Part shown: positions 1 through 12,335 of the stretch, piece by piece
Layout of the letters: each line of letters begins with the position of its first letter
Numbering within the stretch: the first letter of the stretch is position 1
Source: Vicugna vicugna
Taxonomy: Eukaryota
Assembly (NCBI GenBank): GCA_013265495.1
Contig: MU058584.1
Coordinates: 3,414,508-3,478,507, forward strand
Length of the DNA: 64,000 nucleotides
Direction: 5' to 3'
The notes under the pieces: generated by a model
Seen by the model: only the letters and a program-made list of their open reading frames with translations
Told to the model about the DNA's origin: nothing
Database searches by the model: none
Made by a program: the position numbers and the translations under genes

Positions 1-590
1 CAATCTTTTAGGTTGAGATAATTTGACAATATTCTTTTGAATACTCCTCCTGATACCCTGATATGTTACAGGTTTTGCTACTGTAATTTGGGGGAACACA
101 AAGTATTCCCAGCCCTGCATGAGCTTTGGAAGCTCATGCTTCTTCTGCTCTTTTCTAATGTGTCTTTCTCCTACTTCTGCTAGTTTCCTCGTGCATAAAT
201 ACTAATCGGTATTGAGCCAAAGAATCAAGGGAAACCCTCTGCAGAGCTCTAGAGTGCTCTCTGTGTGCAAATTCGTCTTTCCTGATGCTTTGCTCTGTGA
301 ACTCTAGCTGCCTTGGGCTTCCCAAACTCCCAACTCTGTCTCCTCAACTCAGGGATACCCACTTGCCTGAGACTCCTCTCTCTATTCTTTGTCCAGGAAA
401 CTCTTTCCAGGTATCAATCTGGGACAACCATAAGGCTCCCCTTCTTTGTTTCTTCTCTCTCAGGGGACTGTCTTTTATTGCTTGTTTTCCAACATCTAAA
501 GCCCGTTATTCCATATACTTTGTTTTTTCAATTGTTTAAGGAGGGAGGGTAACTTTAGTCATTTTTACTCCATGTTGGTTGGAAGTAGAA
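1..590 (-). mobile_element. Ancient L1 (L1MC/L1ME-type) 5' region fragment
   Basis: Minus strand from ~590 reads CTTCC...CATGGAGTAAAAATGACTAAAGTTACCCTCCCTCC, resembling the 5' terminus of old mammalian L1s; recognised by eye. Confidence 0.55.
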
Positions 591-1974
591 TTAGACATAA
601 AATAGCTTAAGATGAGATTGCTTAAAGATTTGACTTTTTAAGAAGATTTAGATCCAAAAGAATAATGCCATCATCATGAAAATCTAGAGCATGGAAACCA
701 AGAGTATGGTAGGGAGCAAAACTAAAATCTGTATAATCAGTTCCACCCTGCCTCAGGTCAGAAATTCACACTAGACCCTCCCAAAAGCTCTACTAGAGCA
801 GAACACAGAAGCCCTCATCATCACTGGGTGCTGGGCATTGGTTTTACCCTTGGTTCTAGGAAACCCACTTGCCACAACCTGCTGGAAGTTGATGAAGTCA
901 TCAGGCAGGGTTGGACCTGGGTCCCTGGTCACAATGGATTTTCCTGGCTTCCTTGAAGACTGTTTCTGCCTGTGTTTCCAAAGAAACAGGCCTGAGCCTC
1001 ACAGGGCCTCCTAACACCTCAACCCTGAAACTCAGGACTGAGAAGTGAAGCCATCCTCCCAGTGTCTCACTTCCACTCACTGGGATCAAGATTAACTCTG
1101 TAGCAGCAGAGTTATAATGAATGACCTTCATTTCTTAGAGTAACTCAAGTCTCTTGGGTGGAACAGGTCTCCTGGGGATAAGGAATAAGAGTTGGGCAGC
1201 TCCCTGTGCTGCAGGGGAAACTGGTGGCTTGGATGGTTGAGCATCCCTGATGACTGCCCTCTGGAAGCAGACAGATGGGAATAGAGTTATCTGTAGGTGA
1301 AGCCACTCTCGTAGGCCAAGAAACCTCATTTTAAAGAGTCTGGCTAAATGGCCTAGACGATCTTTTCCTTATATCTTCTTGGGACTCAGTATCACTTCCC
1401 TTCTGATTTCTTTTATTTGAGGCAGAGTCTTTGGAAGCCAATACTGAGGAGGTGCAGCCAGGTGGTCCTGTCAAGGGAAGCTCTCGCCTCCTTGAATGAT
1501 CATGAAGGCCTCTTCCTCAAGGAAAATTGTGATGGCTCCTATAATGATGACAGATTATCATAGGGATGATAAATGCCAGGCACCATCTCGGTACACTTTG
1601 CTTAGAAGACCCTGTGACTGTAGGCTGTATGCATATGTCTGCTGAATCAGCTGTAATGCCTAATATAGGTCAGGATACACAGTAGTCACACAGGAAATGC
1701 TCACTGAATGAAGCAGCAGAAAGAGTTTTATAGTCGTCATGGGCTTGGAGATGGATGCATTTACTGAGCTCTTCCTGAGTGTGTGGCACACGAAACTGAA
1801 AATGACATAGGGAGTTTTCCAGTCTGGGGCATAGAACTATAGTACAAAGCAAAAAGTTGTAATAGCTACAAAAGCAGTGATTCACAAAAGCCAGGAGGAA
1901 GAGAACCCTTAATTTTAGCTTCTTCCTTAAATAGTAGCCATCTGAAGATAATGTTGGTCTGTTTTCTAATCACA

Positions 1975-3070
1975 TATTCTGAAAGCCTTCTTATGTTTGG
2001 GGCATTTTCCACATTACAAGTCTCCCCTCCCCTGAGGGAAAGCCAGGAACTAACTTTCCCAGCCTTTCCTGCAGCTGAGGTATGTATATTCACAGATCCA
2101 AGTTTTGCCAATCAGATATGCTGTTGGGAACTTCTGATTAAAAAAGATTAAGAGTGAGGAAGCAGGGGCTGTAACTCATTTTCTGATGAGGAAGACTATG
2201 GGGACTTGGCTATTGGGACCAGCAGAGGCTGAGTTTTAGGCTTCCAGGGCCCAACGTCAAGGGTGTGAACTGTGTGCGGTTTCCCACCTCTCAGTGGGGT
2301 CTGCTCAGGAACCATCCACAGTGTGGTCCAAATATTGTCTCTGGTCACATCACCTCCAAGACTGGCTTTCTGGCCCTCCTGGAGATTTTCTGAGCTACCC
2401 AGTATCATTTAATACATTAATTTTCTGCTTAAGGTGGTTGGAGGGGGTTCTGTTATTGCAGAAAAATGTGTTACAGCTCAGTGGTGACAGCAACCTGGAT
2501 CCGGGTGAGAGACCAAGCAGCACTCAGGAGAGCTGGAGAACTCAGGTTTGTTACACCAGCTGCCCCAGAGGAGTTAACACTCCAAGCTTTGGACTTGTCT
2601 ATAGGTTTACACTGGCTTTTGTAGGCTGTCAGTTTACACTTTGCATCATCACATGCAAATGAGGTATAACAAAAGTTTACCAATTAGGAACAAGCTTTGT
2701 AGAAACAGACCAATCAGGAGTGAGGGAAATAACCAATCAGGAGTGAGGGAAATGGACCAATCAGGAATGAGAGAAATAACCAATCAGGAGTGAGCTCCAT
2801 GCAAATGAAGTACTACAAATGGACCAATCAGAAGTTAGGGAAATGAACCAATCAGAAGTGAAGGAAATAACCAATCAGGAGTGAGCTCAGGGAACCAATA
2901 GAATTTTAGGAGTAAGTAAGCTGTTTCAGAGGCAAAAAATGAGATAGAGCCTCTGGGCCGGGGAACCGGATGGTGCTGGCAAGAGAGTAATGGCCCTGCG
3001 TAGGGGTCCTGCCGGTCTTTTTATGGGGCTTCCCACCTCACTGTTATGTGTATCTGAGAACCTGACTGAA
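1975..3070 (+). mobile_element. ERVL-type LTR (LTR33/LTR16-like), interrupted near its 3' end by a younger LTR
   Basis: LTR33-like motifs (actttcccagcctttcctgcagctgagg; ttttctgagctacccagtatc...ttctgcttaa); the terminus resumes after 3044 (gagaacctgactga). Confidence 0.5.
2454..3040 (-). mobile_element. Solo LTR, ERV1-like family (copy A), CCAAT/octamer-rich
   Basis: Minus strand begins TGAGGTGGGAAG; 4-bp TSD CTGT at 2450-2453 and 3041-3044; collinear homology to 47266-47832; 9 CCAAT; ATGCAAAT at 2653 and 2799. Confidence 0.9.
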
Positions 3071-3319
3071 AAAATCTCTCCATTGCTATTTGGTAAAGGC
3101 CAGCGCTTCCTGTTTATGTAAACTCGAAGAGAACTCGTTTGTCTGTTCTGTGACTCAAGGTACAGCCTCCCAAGAGCTGCTGAATCAGAATGAGTGAGTG
3201 GGTCCCAAACTACCCTTGAAGGAGTGAGCACACTTCTCATTTCTGAAACATCCTTGCAATTTTTGCACTCTAAATACTCTTCTGCCTGCAGCCCCCATTT
3301 TTGGTTAGCACACTGGATG

Positions 3320-4070
3320 CACAAGCCTAAGATGGGCAGTCATCCCAGACTCTTCCTCTCTCTCACCTCCAAGTGACAAACTTTCAGAATTTGACCCTGT
3401 TATTATTGCTTAAATTATCACCCATCTCTCCATCTCCACTGCTGCTTCATTAGCTTAGACCTTCAACTATTTTATTTGTCTCCCAGTTCAGCTCCCCGTC
3501 TCCAGCTTCTTCACACTTCAGGCCATCTTCCAAGCCACCAAATTTAATTCTTCCAAGATAAAACCCTTCAGAGGCTCCCTTCTTGTGGACTAATGTCCAA
3601 GCTCCCTTGTGATCTTCCTCAAGAAAACCATGTTAAATTCACTTCCTGCCGTGCCCTCATCACCTCCCGTGTGTAGCCACCCACCAGTCTCCAAGCACCA
3701 GGTTCTCCTAGCTGCATCTCAATGTGCACTGATCTCTTTTCTTGAAATGTCCTTTGTCACATTATGCATTTGGCATACTCCTACGCATTCTTCAGGATTT
3801 AGTGAGAATGCCACCAACTCTGAGAAATGGTTTCTGCCATTTCCATCAAAGTGTAGCACTTATTTTTCCTGTTTGCCCAGGTTTTTTCCATCTTCTAATA
3901 TAGCACTTATCACATTATTGTGTTTATTGACTCCTACGTGCATCTCCCGACTAGACGGTGAGGAGGAGAAGAGTAGGGGCAGAGTCCTCTTCATCTCTGC
4001 ATCTTCAGGGTCATGGACAGTGCCTGGTACTTAGTAGATACTCAGATGGTGCTTATGAAATTAGCCAATT
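3320..4070 (+). mobile_element. L2 LINE 3' fragment
   Basis: L2-like pyrimidine-rich body ending in cagtgcctggtacttagtagatactcag, the L2 3' end motif. Confidence 0.7.
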
Positions 4071-5088
4071 AATTAATAATAAAAGCAATTGCAGGAAAGA
4101 ATCTTGAAACTAGTCTAAAACATTAGCAACCTGCATTGCTAAATAGAGGCTGTTATTTAAGTAGTAACATTCTAGACACTCTGGCCACAGCTGTCCCCTC
4201 TCCAATGAACCATATGCATCCCCCAAGGGGAATCTTTCTGCACAGGCAGCTAAAGGTAGACCCAGAAAAGAAAATGAAGCACCTGTTAATTTACAAACAC
4301 CTAGGTATTTGGAATAGTAATTAACTCAAAGCTCACTAATAGTTAGGGAGTAATTAATAGCTAACTGTTGGCATTTGACAAAATGATGTTTTGCCCTTTT
4401 TCTACCCAACCAATGATTTTAAGTTGAGAATGCTCAAAGTGGCTTGAAATGGGAGGAAATCATTTCAGACACCACGTGTATTTAAAAGGCAGTGCTGCTG
4501 GTGGGCGTCCTTCATTGCCATCATTAACCACAATGGGAGCAGCTAGATTTACTGAGCCCCTGACAGCCAAGGCAGAGGGACAGAATTGAAGGCAGGCCTG
4601 CTTTCACAAAAATCTCTCATAAGAAAGCAAATCACACTTGCAAAGCAAATCAATTTAGAGGGAGGTGGGTGATCATTCAGAATCCAAAGAGATCCTGTGC
4701 TATATATACATGCGGGTCTCCCACAGGGTTCCTTTAAATTAGGAAACTGCTAGGGAGCACTTAAAATATCATTGAGTTTATAAGGAATCAATTAAGAACT
4801 AATTGTTTCAGTAACCAATCTATTGCACAACAGGAGGGCAGCTACCTTCAGAACTGCTCCTCCAACCTTTGCCTTGCCTTCAGCCTTTGTCAGCAACCCT
4901 TACACAGCAACAGTATATGAAGGAAAACACATAGACAGGGTCAGGATACCTGGGTTTGAGTCTGACTTTTGGCCATGCTGGTTCAGCCTCAGTGTTCTTA
5001 CCTAGAACTGGGGCCAGCAGTCTTGGGAAAAGGATTAAAAAAGAAAATGAGTTTGAAATAGCCCATGACCTGAGTGGTTGTTCACTCA

Positions 5089-5475
5089 TGTATTAGTTTG
5101 GTAAGGCTACCATAACTAAGCACCACACACTGAGTGGCTTAAACAACAGAAACTTATTGTCTCATAGTTATGGAGGCTATAAGTCCATGATCAAGGTGTT
5201 GGTGGGGTTCTTTCCTTCCGAAGGCTGTTCCGTGCCTCTCTCCCAGCTTCTGGTGGTTTGCTGGCATCTTTGGTGTTCCTTGGCTTTTGCTGCATCACCT
5301 CCATCTCTGTCCTTATCATCATACTGTGTTTTCTCTGTATACATGTCCATATGACCCCGTCTTAACTAATTACATCTGCCATGACCCTATTTCCAAATGA
5401 GGTCACATTCTGAGATACTAGAGGTTAGAACTTGGAACATATGAATTTTGAGGGAACACAGTTCAATCCATAACA
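5089..5475 (-). mobile_element. MaLR solo LTR (MLT1A-D-like)
   Basis: tgtattagtttg...ggcttaaacaacagaaacttattgtctcatagtt...ttcaatccataaca; 5-bp TSD ACTCA/ACTCT (one mismatch). Confidence 0.85.
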
Positions 5476-5604
5476 ACTCTTATTGCCCTGGCCTTAAATT
5501 ACTGAGATGACAGACACTTTGTATTTTTCCTTGGTAGATATTTCACTTTTTTTTGGCTAAGATGTTGCCAAGTGAAAGACATTTTTATAGAAACAACATC
5601 AATC

Positions 5605-5675
5605 CACTTGCCTCCTCATTCTATTGGCTAGAACTAGTCACATGATCCTACCTAGATGCTGGGGGACTGGGAACA
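5605..5675. repeat. 71-bp exact dispersed duplicate of 7291-7361
   Basis: Base-by-base identity cacttgcctcc...gactgggaaca, same orientation. Confidence 0.95.
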
Positions 5676-6189
5676 CCAAGAGATCATGAACGTAGAAATA
5701 AAGGCAGAAGGGGAAGTTTAGGGGAGAGGAGACTGGGCAGCAGCTCCAACAGCAGTTTCCTTCTTCTGGGCAGCCTTTTATGCCTTCCCTCCTAGGAAGA
5801 GGATTGTACTCTCCAGGGATTTGGTCACCTTCTCCTTGCCACACTGAGGAGTACGAAGGAGGTCTGGCACTCTATTCTTATCATGACTCACTTCTTGCAG
5901 GAAGAAAATTTCTCACACCCAGCAGAGCCATCCTTCTGTCAGATGGAGAAGGCTTTCTGCCTCGAGGGTTCTGCCAAACCAGCCACAGGAACGATGAAAT
6001 CGGTCATTTCCTCCCAAGCGTGGTTTCCGATAAACTTCAAAAACAGCCGACCGATGCTATTGTCCCATGGGTTGCCTTATCATTGGATTGATGGAAGTCT
6101 GGAGGTCAGAGGCTGGACGAAATAATTTGGGGAACTTTAAAGTCTGGTACACCCCTGTTTTGTGATCTGGTCTCCCCATAGTGATCCTT

Positions 6190-6680
6190 GGGTATTGGGG
6201 TAAATTGATTGTAGTAAAGACCAAATTTGTTCCCACCTCTGGTATCCAGGCATTTGATAATGCCCTCTGACACTGACTTCTGGCATAGTTGTGTGTCTTG
6301 ATTTAACCAAAGGGAGCTTATACATTGGGGCTGGTCCTCTTGCTGCTCTTGCAACATCTGCTGCTGCCACCAAATGATGAAGTTCAAGGTAGCCTCCTGA
6401 AGGAAGAGATACCACATGGAGCAGAGATGAGCTATCCCAGCTGAGCCATCATAGACCAGCCAGCTGCCAGCCAACTCCACAGCTGATCACAGATGTATGA
6501 GTGCCTAGCTGATATGAGCAGAGTCTGGCTTCAGGCTGGAAGAACTACTTAGCTGCAGGAGGCCCAAACAGCAGACTCTCAAAACTGAGCTAAAACAATG
6601 TTTTTCTCTTCTGTTTTGTTGTTGTTGTAAGCCAGTTGGTTTTGAAGTGTTTTGTTATATAGCAAAAGTTAACTGACACA
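6190..6680 (+). mobile_element. MaLR LTR (MLT1G/H-like)
   Basis: ccacatggagcagagatgagctatcccagctgag...; 3' end taagcca...gttttgttatatagcaaaagttaactgacaca. Confidence 0.75.
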
Positions 6681-6879
6681 GATATTTTCCTGAGGGTTCT
6701 TCTAGAGTCTAGTATCACTGATGAGATTACATGTGTTGGGATTTTAGGGACAGCTTTTCATCTAGCCAGGTGTAATTTGGGTGATCTGAGCTAGGAGGTG
6801 GGATCTATTACCAACCGTGCTTTGTGCACCTTGAGAGCACAGAGTTTGGAGTCAAACTGACCTTGATTCAAATCATGGC

Positions 6880-7425
6880 ACTGTGTCACTGTGTGGTAAC
6901 AGCTGTAATAATGTCAAAATCTCAGTGGCTTCACATCATAAAGGTGTATTTCTCTCCCATGTCACAACCCATCTATATATTTATATACTTAGTGTCCCAT
7001 ACATCTGGGATAATCTGCACAGCTGGCTGGGGACTGGGTGGGCAAAGAGGGCTCAGCTGGGATGGCTTGTGTCTGCTCTAAATGGTATCTTGTCCTCCAG
7101 CTGGCTAGTTTGTGCTTGATCACACTCATATATCTATGTAGAGAATTGGGGACCCAGGATCCTTCCATCTAGTGTGTCTTCTGAGTCCTCTACTGGATCC
7201 TCTGCATCCAGCAAGAGATAAGGAAAGAGAAAGAACATGGAGAATCTGGTGAGACCTGTTTTAAGGGCCAGGGCTGGAAATGCCATAAATCACTTGCCTC
7301 CTCATTCTATTGGCTAGAACTAGTCACATGATCCTACCTAGATGCTGGGGGACTGGGAACATGATCCAGCAGTGTGTCTAGGAAATAGAGAATACAGATA
7401 TTGGTGAGATGTGGAAGTCTCTCCC
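6880..7425 (-). mobile_element. Old MaLR LTR (MLT1J/K/L-like)
   Basis: aaaatctcagtggctt...; cattctattggctagaactagtcacatg motif typical of old MLT1. Confidence 0.7.
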
Positions 7426-7629
7426 ATGCAGCAATTCATTAACTAGGTAATTGGGGAAGTTATTTGACTTCTCTGTTAGCCAAATAGTCCCGTGTGGGTT
7501 GTGCAATCTATGCAGAAGTGGCCTCGCTCCAGTCTGTGTCTTTTCATTCTGGTCAGTGGCCATTCACACTGGGAACTTAGGTTGTTGAGTGCCACATCAC
7601 TATGCTGTTGTTTTTCAGAATCAGACCCC

Positions 7630-8160
7630 CTCTGGCACACCAAGAGCAGCGCAGTGGGAATGGTCTACCCCTGGGTGTAGGTAATGAATGGGTGCATTTT
7701 CTGCAGAAAAATTTCTTTAAATTATAAAACTAACTGAAAGTTGGTCTGTTTCTATTTACTGCCATATGTGAGCAAATAATAAACAAAATACTCCTTCCTA
7801 AAAGAAAAATTGTTATCTAAGAGCTAAACCATTACTGCATTACTGTTGAGCATTAATGATATTATGTAGCCAGAATTGGCCACTAACACACAAGGGCCCC
7901 ATGGCACACTTTGGTTTTAAGAGTGCATTGGAGACATATTCGGATTTCAGACTCACTTGAGCATATTTCACATGTTCACTCTAGTCACTCTGTTTCACTG
8001 TTTTAAACATTTAAACACAAAAACTACAAGTGGTCACATAAGATGACAGAGCTGAAGTAACCCAAGTTCTGCCACACCATCTTCACAAGTGTCGTTTATT
8101 TTTACTTTACACCTTAACTGCAAGGATATCTAGTACCACAGGTGCTGGAGACACCAGCTG
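7630..8160. mobile_element. hAT-Tip100-type DNA transposon relic (MER97/Arthur-like)
   Basis: Terminus-like ggcacaccaagagc...gtgggaatggtctacccctgggtgtaggtaat...gggtgcatt; family assignment from memory. Confidence 0.5.
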
Positions 8161-8367
8161 CTCCCAAAGGGAGCTTGAACAGTTCGAAACCATTATGAGC
8201 TCATTGGGCATTCACCAAGTTCACTTCCATGTAGAATATAGCATCTGCTTAAAGGATAAATGTCTTCATCAGCTTAGACTGCTATAGAAAAATACTACAG
8301 ACTGAACTTTGGCTCTAGACTTTCATGTCCAGCCATTCAAACACCACTCAAATGTGATCATAATACA

Positions 8368-9398
8368 ATCTATGGACCGGGAGAAAATATTTGCAAATGA
8401 TGCAACCGACAAGGGCTTAATTTCCAAAATATACAAACAGCACGTACAACTCAATAACAAGAAAACAAACAACCCAGCTGTAAAATGGGCAGAAAGCCTA
8501 TCTCCAAAGAAGACATACAGATGGTCAGTAGGCACAGGAAAAGATGCTCAACATCTCTAATTATTAGAGAAATACAAATCAAAACTACAGTGAGGTATCA
8601 CCTCACAACGCTCAGAATGGACATCATCAAAAAGTCTATAAATAATAAATGGTGGAGGTGGTGTGGAGAAAAGGGAACCCTCCTACACTGTTGGTGGGAA
8701 TGTAATTTGGTGCAGCCACTATGGAAAACAGTATGGAAGTTCCTTAAAAAATTAAAAATAGACTTACCATATGATCCAGCAATCCTACTCCTGGGCATAT
8801 ATCTGGAAAAGACAAAAGCTCTAATTTGAAAAGATACTTGCACCTCAATGTTCATAGTAACACTGTTTACAATAGCCAAGACATGAAAGTAACCTAAATG
8901 TCCATAAACAGATGAATGAATAAAGAAGATGTGGTATAATGGAATACTACTCAGCCATAGAAAAGAATGGAATATTTCCATTTGCAGCAACATGGATGGG
9001 CCTAGAGATTATCATACTAGGTGAAGTAAGTCAGACAGAGAAAGATATTTATTATATGGCATCACTTATATGCGGAATCTAAAAAAATGATACAAAATAG
9101 CAAGAGACTCACAAATGCAGAAAACAAACTTACAGTTACCAAAGGGGAAAAGGTGGGGGAAAGTAATAAATTAGGAGTGTGGGATTAACAGATACATACC
9201 ACAGCATATAAAATAGATATACAACAAGGATTTACTATATAGCACTGAGAACTATATTCAATATATTATAATGACCTATAATGGAAAAGAATCCAAAAAG
9301 TAATATACATATGTGTGTAACTGAGTCACTTTGCTGTACACCTGAAACTAACACAATATCATAAATCAACTATAGCTCAATTAAAAAAAAAAGAAAAA
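8368..9398 (+). mobile_element. 5'-truncated L1 (cetartiodactyl-type): degraded ORF2 C-terminus, 3'UTR and A tail
   Basis: ORF 8485-8829 contains the L1 ORF2 C-terminal motif [26 protein letters not shown]-rich tail at ~9383-9398. Confidence 0.92.
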
Positions 9399-9399
9399 T

Positions 9400-9919
9400 A
9401 CACTCACTCCTGCAAATATCATCTCAATATGGCATCAGTTTAGTGTCCAAGATATTGTCCACTAAGTGAGGTACTGGTGTGTATATGGGACTCTTTGAGG
9501 GCAGCCACTCATATGCACCTTCTTGGGTGCAGGAACTAGTGAAGAAGAACAAGTTATCTATCTTCTCCACCCCACCCCTCAAACATATGATAGCGAAAGA
9601 AACAAAAAACATCAATGGACTCCCCTGTTCAAAAAAGTGAAATAGGGAGACATGAGCAGAAGCTGATTTATAGCAATTCTGAAATCCAGCGTGGCAAACA
9701 GCCCAATTTCTCTGACTCGAAGCAAAGGATATTCCTTGATCAAGGCACAGTTTAGCTTTTTAGGAATGGTTCTCCTCGGCTCTTGGTTTCATCCTCTGGG
9801 CTCTGGCTCTGAGTCATGCTTTCTTCTTTTTTCACAAGAATGGCCCATGTTTGTAGCTGCATAACTCTAAGCCTGTTTCCTACCTCTTTGGAAAGGAAGG
9901 GCCCAAAGTGAGGGCAAAC
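9400..9919 (-). mobile_element. MaLR internal (MLT-int) fragment
   Basis: Resembles MLT1 internal sequence; an MLT1 LTR-like start lies at ~8260-8305, before the L1. Confidence 0.4.
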
Positions 9920-10435
9920 TGTGGTGGCTAGTCTACAAAAAATGAGCCCATGAACCATACCTCCTGTTCATGTCCTTCTGTAGTTCTCTCATTCATTGAA
10001 TCGGGCTGGCTGTGACCTCCTTTAACCAATGGGCAATGGCAGAAGGGAAACTGTGCCAGCTCTGAGCCAAAGTCATAAGAAGCCCTAGCAGTTTCTGATT
10101 TTGTAATTTGGGGGCCTCTGAGCCACTAATGTGTACGAAGTCTGGCTGCCCTGCTGCAAAGACCACACATAGAGTCTATATAGAGAGGGAGAGACTTTTG
10201 GGACCATACAGAGAGGGAAAGAGGCCACGTCATGCCAGCATCCCAGTTGAGCCTCTAGATAAACCCATGCCAAGCTGCCATCTGATTGCAAGTGCACCAG
10301 AGGACCCAAGTGAAACCACCAGAAGAACTTCCCACTGAGCCTAGTCAACGTTTGGAACTGTGAAAAATAAAGTCATTGTCACTTTAAGTCATTAAATTGG
10401 GATGGTTTGTTACAGGACAGCAGATAACCAAAGCA
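9920..10435 (+). mobile_element. MaLR LTR (MLT1E/F-like)
   Basis: Starts tgtggtggc; contains cccactgagcctagtcaac; ends ggtttgttacaggacagcagataaccaaagca. Confidence 0.8.
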
Positions 10436-11975
10436 CAGTATGCCTTCACTGAAAGTTATTTAACTATCCATCTGTGGCTGATAGTGTGTTAGGTGAAGTG
10501 GGTGCAAAACTAAATAAAGCATTGATTCCGAACTCGACCTCATTCATATGTTTGTTAATGAAAAATTTTTGTAAATGGAATTATTTTAATTTTTGTTTTA
10601 AAAGTGAAAGATTCCTGTTTAGCATATACCTACAGGGAATCCTTTTGTAAAAAGGAATAATCACTCTGAGATTTTTCACGTTTTAAATTTTTTTCATGTT
10701 AACGTTTTTAAATAGTGAACCACTCCAGAGCTTTTAATAATAGAATTTAATTCAACAGATATTTTCTGAGCACTTACTACATACTTCCTCTGTATGTTTA
10801 AAAAATCTATGTTGAAATTCAGATGCTGTTGTCCACCTGACGTCTGTTAGCTTGCATGGGGCTTATTGTCCCAGGTTACTCAGGAGATCCTGTTTTTGTC
10901 TATTAGCATATATTCTTGTTACGATCATGTCTCCCCTGGCTGTTTTCTTATTGCTTCAGCAAGAATTACATTCAGTTTCTAAATGACCTAATTAGTAGCA
11001 CTTTTTCCATTTCTTCTTTAGAATTCTCTGTCTCCAATTGGACTCCCTCCCCATTACGTTCTTTTCCTCCCAGAGTTTTAATCAACATTCTGCTAACAAG
11101 TTCATGTCCCACACTTGTCCCTCCATGGATTGCTTCCCAGGCATCTGGAGACTTCCTTACCTTAATTATTGGGGAACAATATCTCTTGTTGGTCTTTCCT
11201 TGCTAGACTCTGCTGGCTCCGAGTTTCCAGCTCTTACCTCTCGTGTGTTTATTTTTCACAGAAATAGAGACCATAAAGCAGAGAGAAGCCTGGAGATCAT
11301 ATAATTTTATGGATGATCGAACTTTGGCCAGGGCCAGTGACTTGTTCAAAGAACCATAGCCAGTGAGTGGCAGAGCTGGGGCCAAAACCTAAACCAAGAA
11401 GTCCTGGCTTCACTAAAGTAACGAACGCACTATCAGACCACATCAAACTAACGCAGACAGACTAACTGATGCTTGATTAATCAGTTTTATGTACAGTTAA
11501 TTAATGGGTTTTAATTACATCTTGATTCTCAGTCTTGGGCTAAAACTGGGGGAAAATAAGAGAAAAGAAGAGACGTGAGTTCAGTGAGTTCAGAAGCTGT
11601 AAGGTGTACAGAAGAAATTCATATTTTTTATTGTTTAAGATTTTGATGAATGCTCTTGAGCCTCTCATTAATTTATTTAATAAACATTTATTGAGTATCT
11701 ACTATGCCCGTGTCTGTATGCATGTGTATGCACACGCACACATACACACAAGTTCCTTCAATCCTGCTTTAAGGGGACACTGTGTGAAATAGTGTCAATG
11801 TCCTCATAAATGTCTTTATGATACGTACAAATTTCACGCCCACAGCAATGTGCCTCAGGTTTATTGCTTTTTTTTTTTTGGAAAATGGACACTGTGATTC
11901 CTTATTATAGATAGTTTACCTTCTTAATTATTGCCATGTCCCCAGTTCTTAGAACCATCTGATCCTTAAATATCA

Positions 11976-12335
11976 TAGTGGGGGACCTCAAACTCAAATG
12001 CCTTCCAGGGTCGTGCAGTTAAGGTAAATATGTGAAGCAGGTTTGGTGTGACACCAGCAGAGTGCTGGGGGCAGCGGCAGCACTGAGACAAAAATTCCCG
12101 TTTAAAGGGAGCAGCTGCCGACTCCATGTCAGGTGACTTTTTTCATGTGGGAATTCAAGGGCCAATATTTCTAGAATGTCTGTATTTTAAAGAGAGGTTG
12201 GAAATCTTTATTTTATATGAAATCTCCTGATTTTTAAAATGTTGCTGATTAATTAAAAACGTTTAAACCTCTGTGTTGGCCAAGTGAAATATGTTTACCA
12301 CATTCAAATCTTGGGCACATAGTTTGCTTCAGCAC
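11976..12335. mobile_element. MER102-like hAT-Charlie MITE
   Basis: ctcaaactcaaatgccttccaggg...ggaaatctttatttttatatgaaatctcctgatttttaaaatgttg matches remembered MER102 consensus. Confidence 0.75.

Noticed and set aside
2680..2900. CRISPR-like or novel repeat array (ACCAATCAG units)
   Set aside because: Mammalian DNA; the units are degenerate tandem copies without unique spacers, inside an LTR U3
8309..8993. ORFs here and at 52042-52759 as host genes
   Set aside because: L1 ORF2 C-terminal remnants or their antisense frames in 5'-truncated elements
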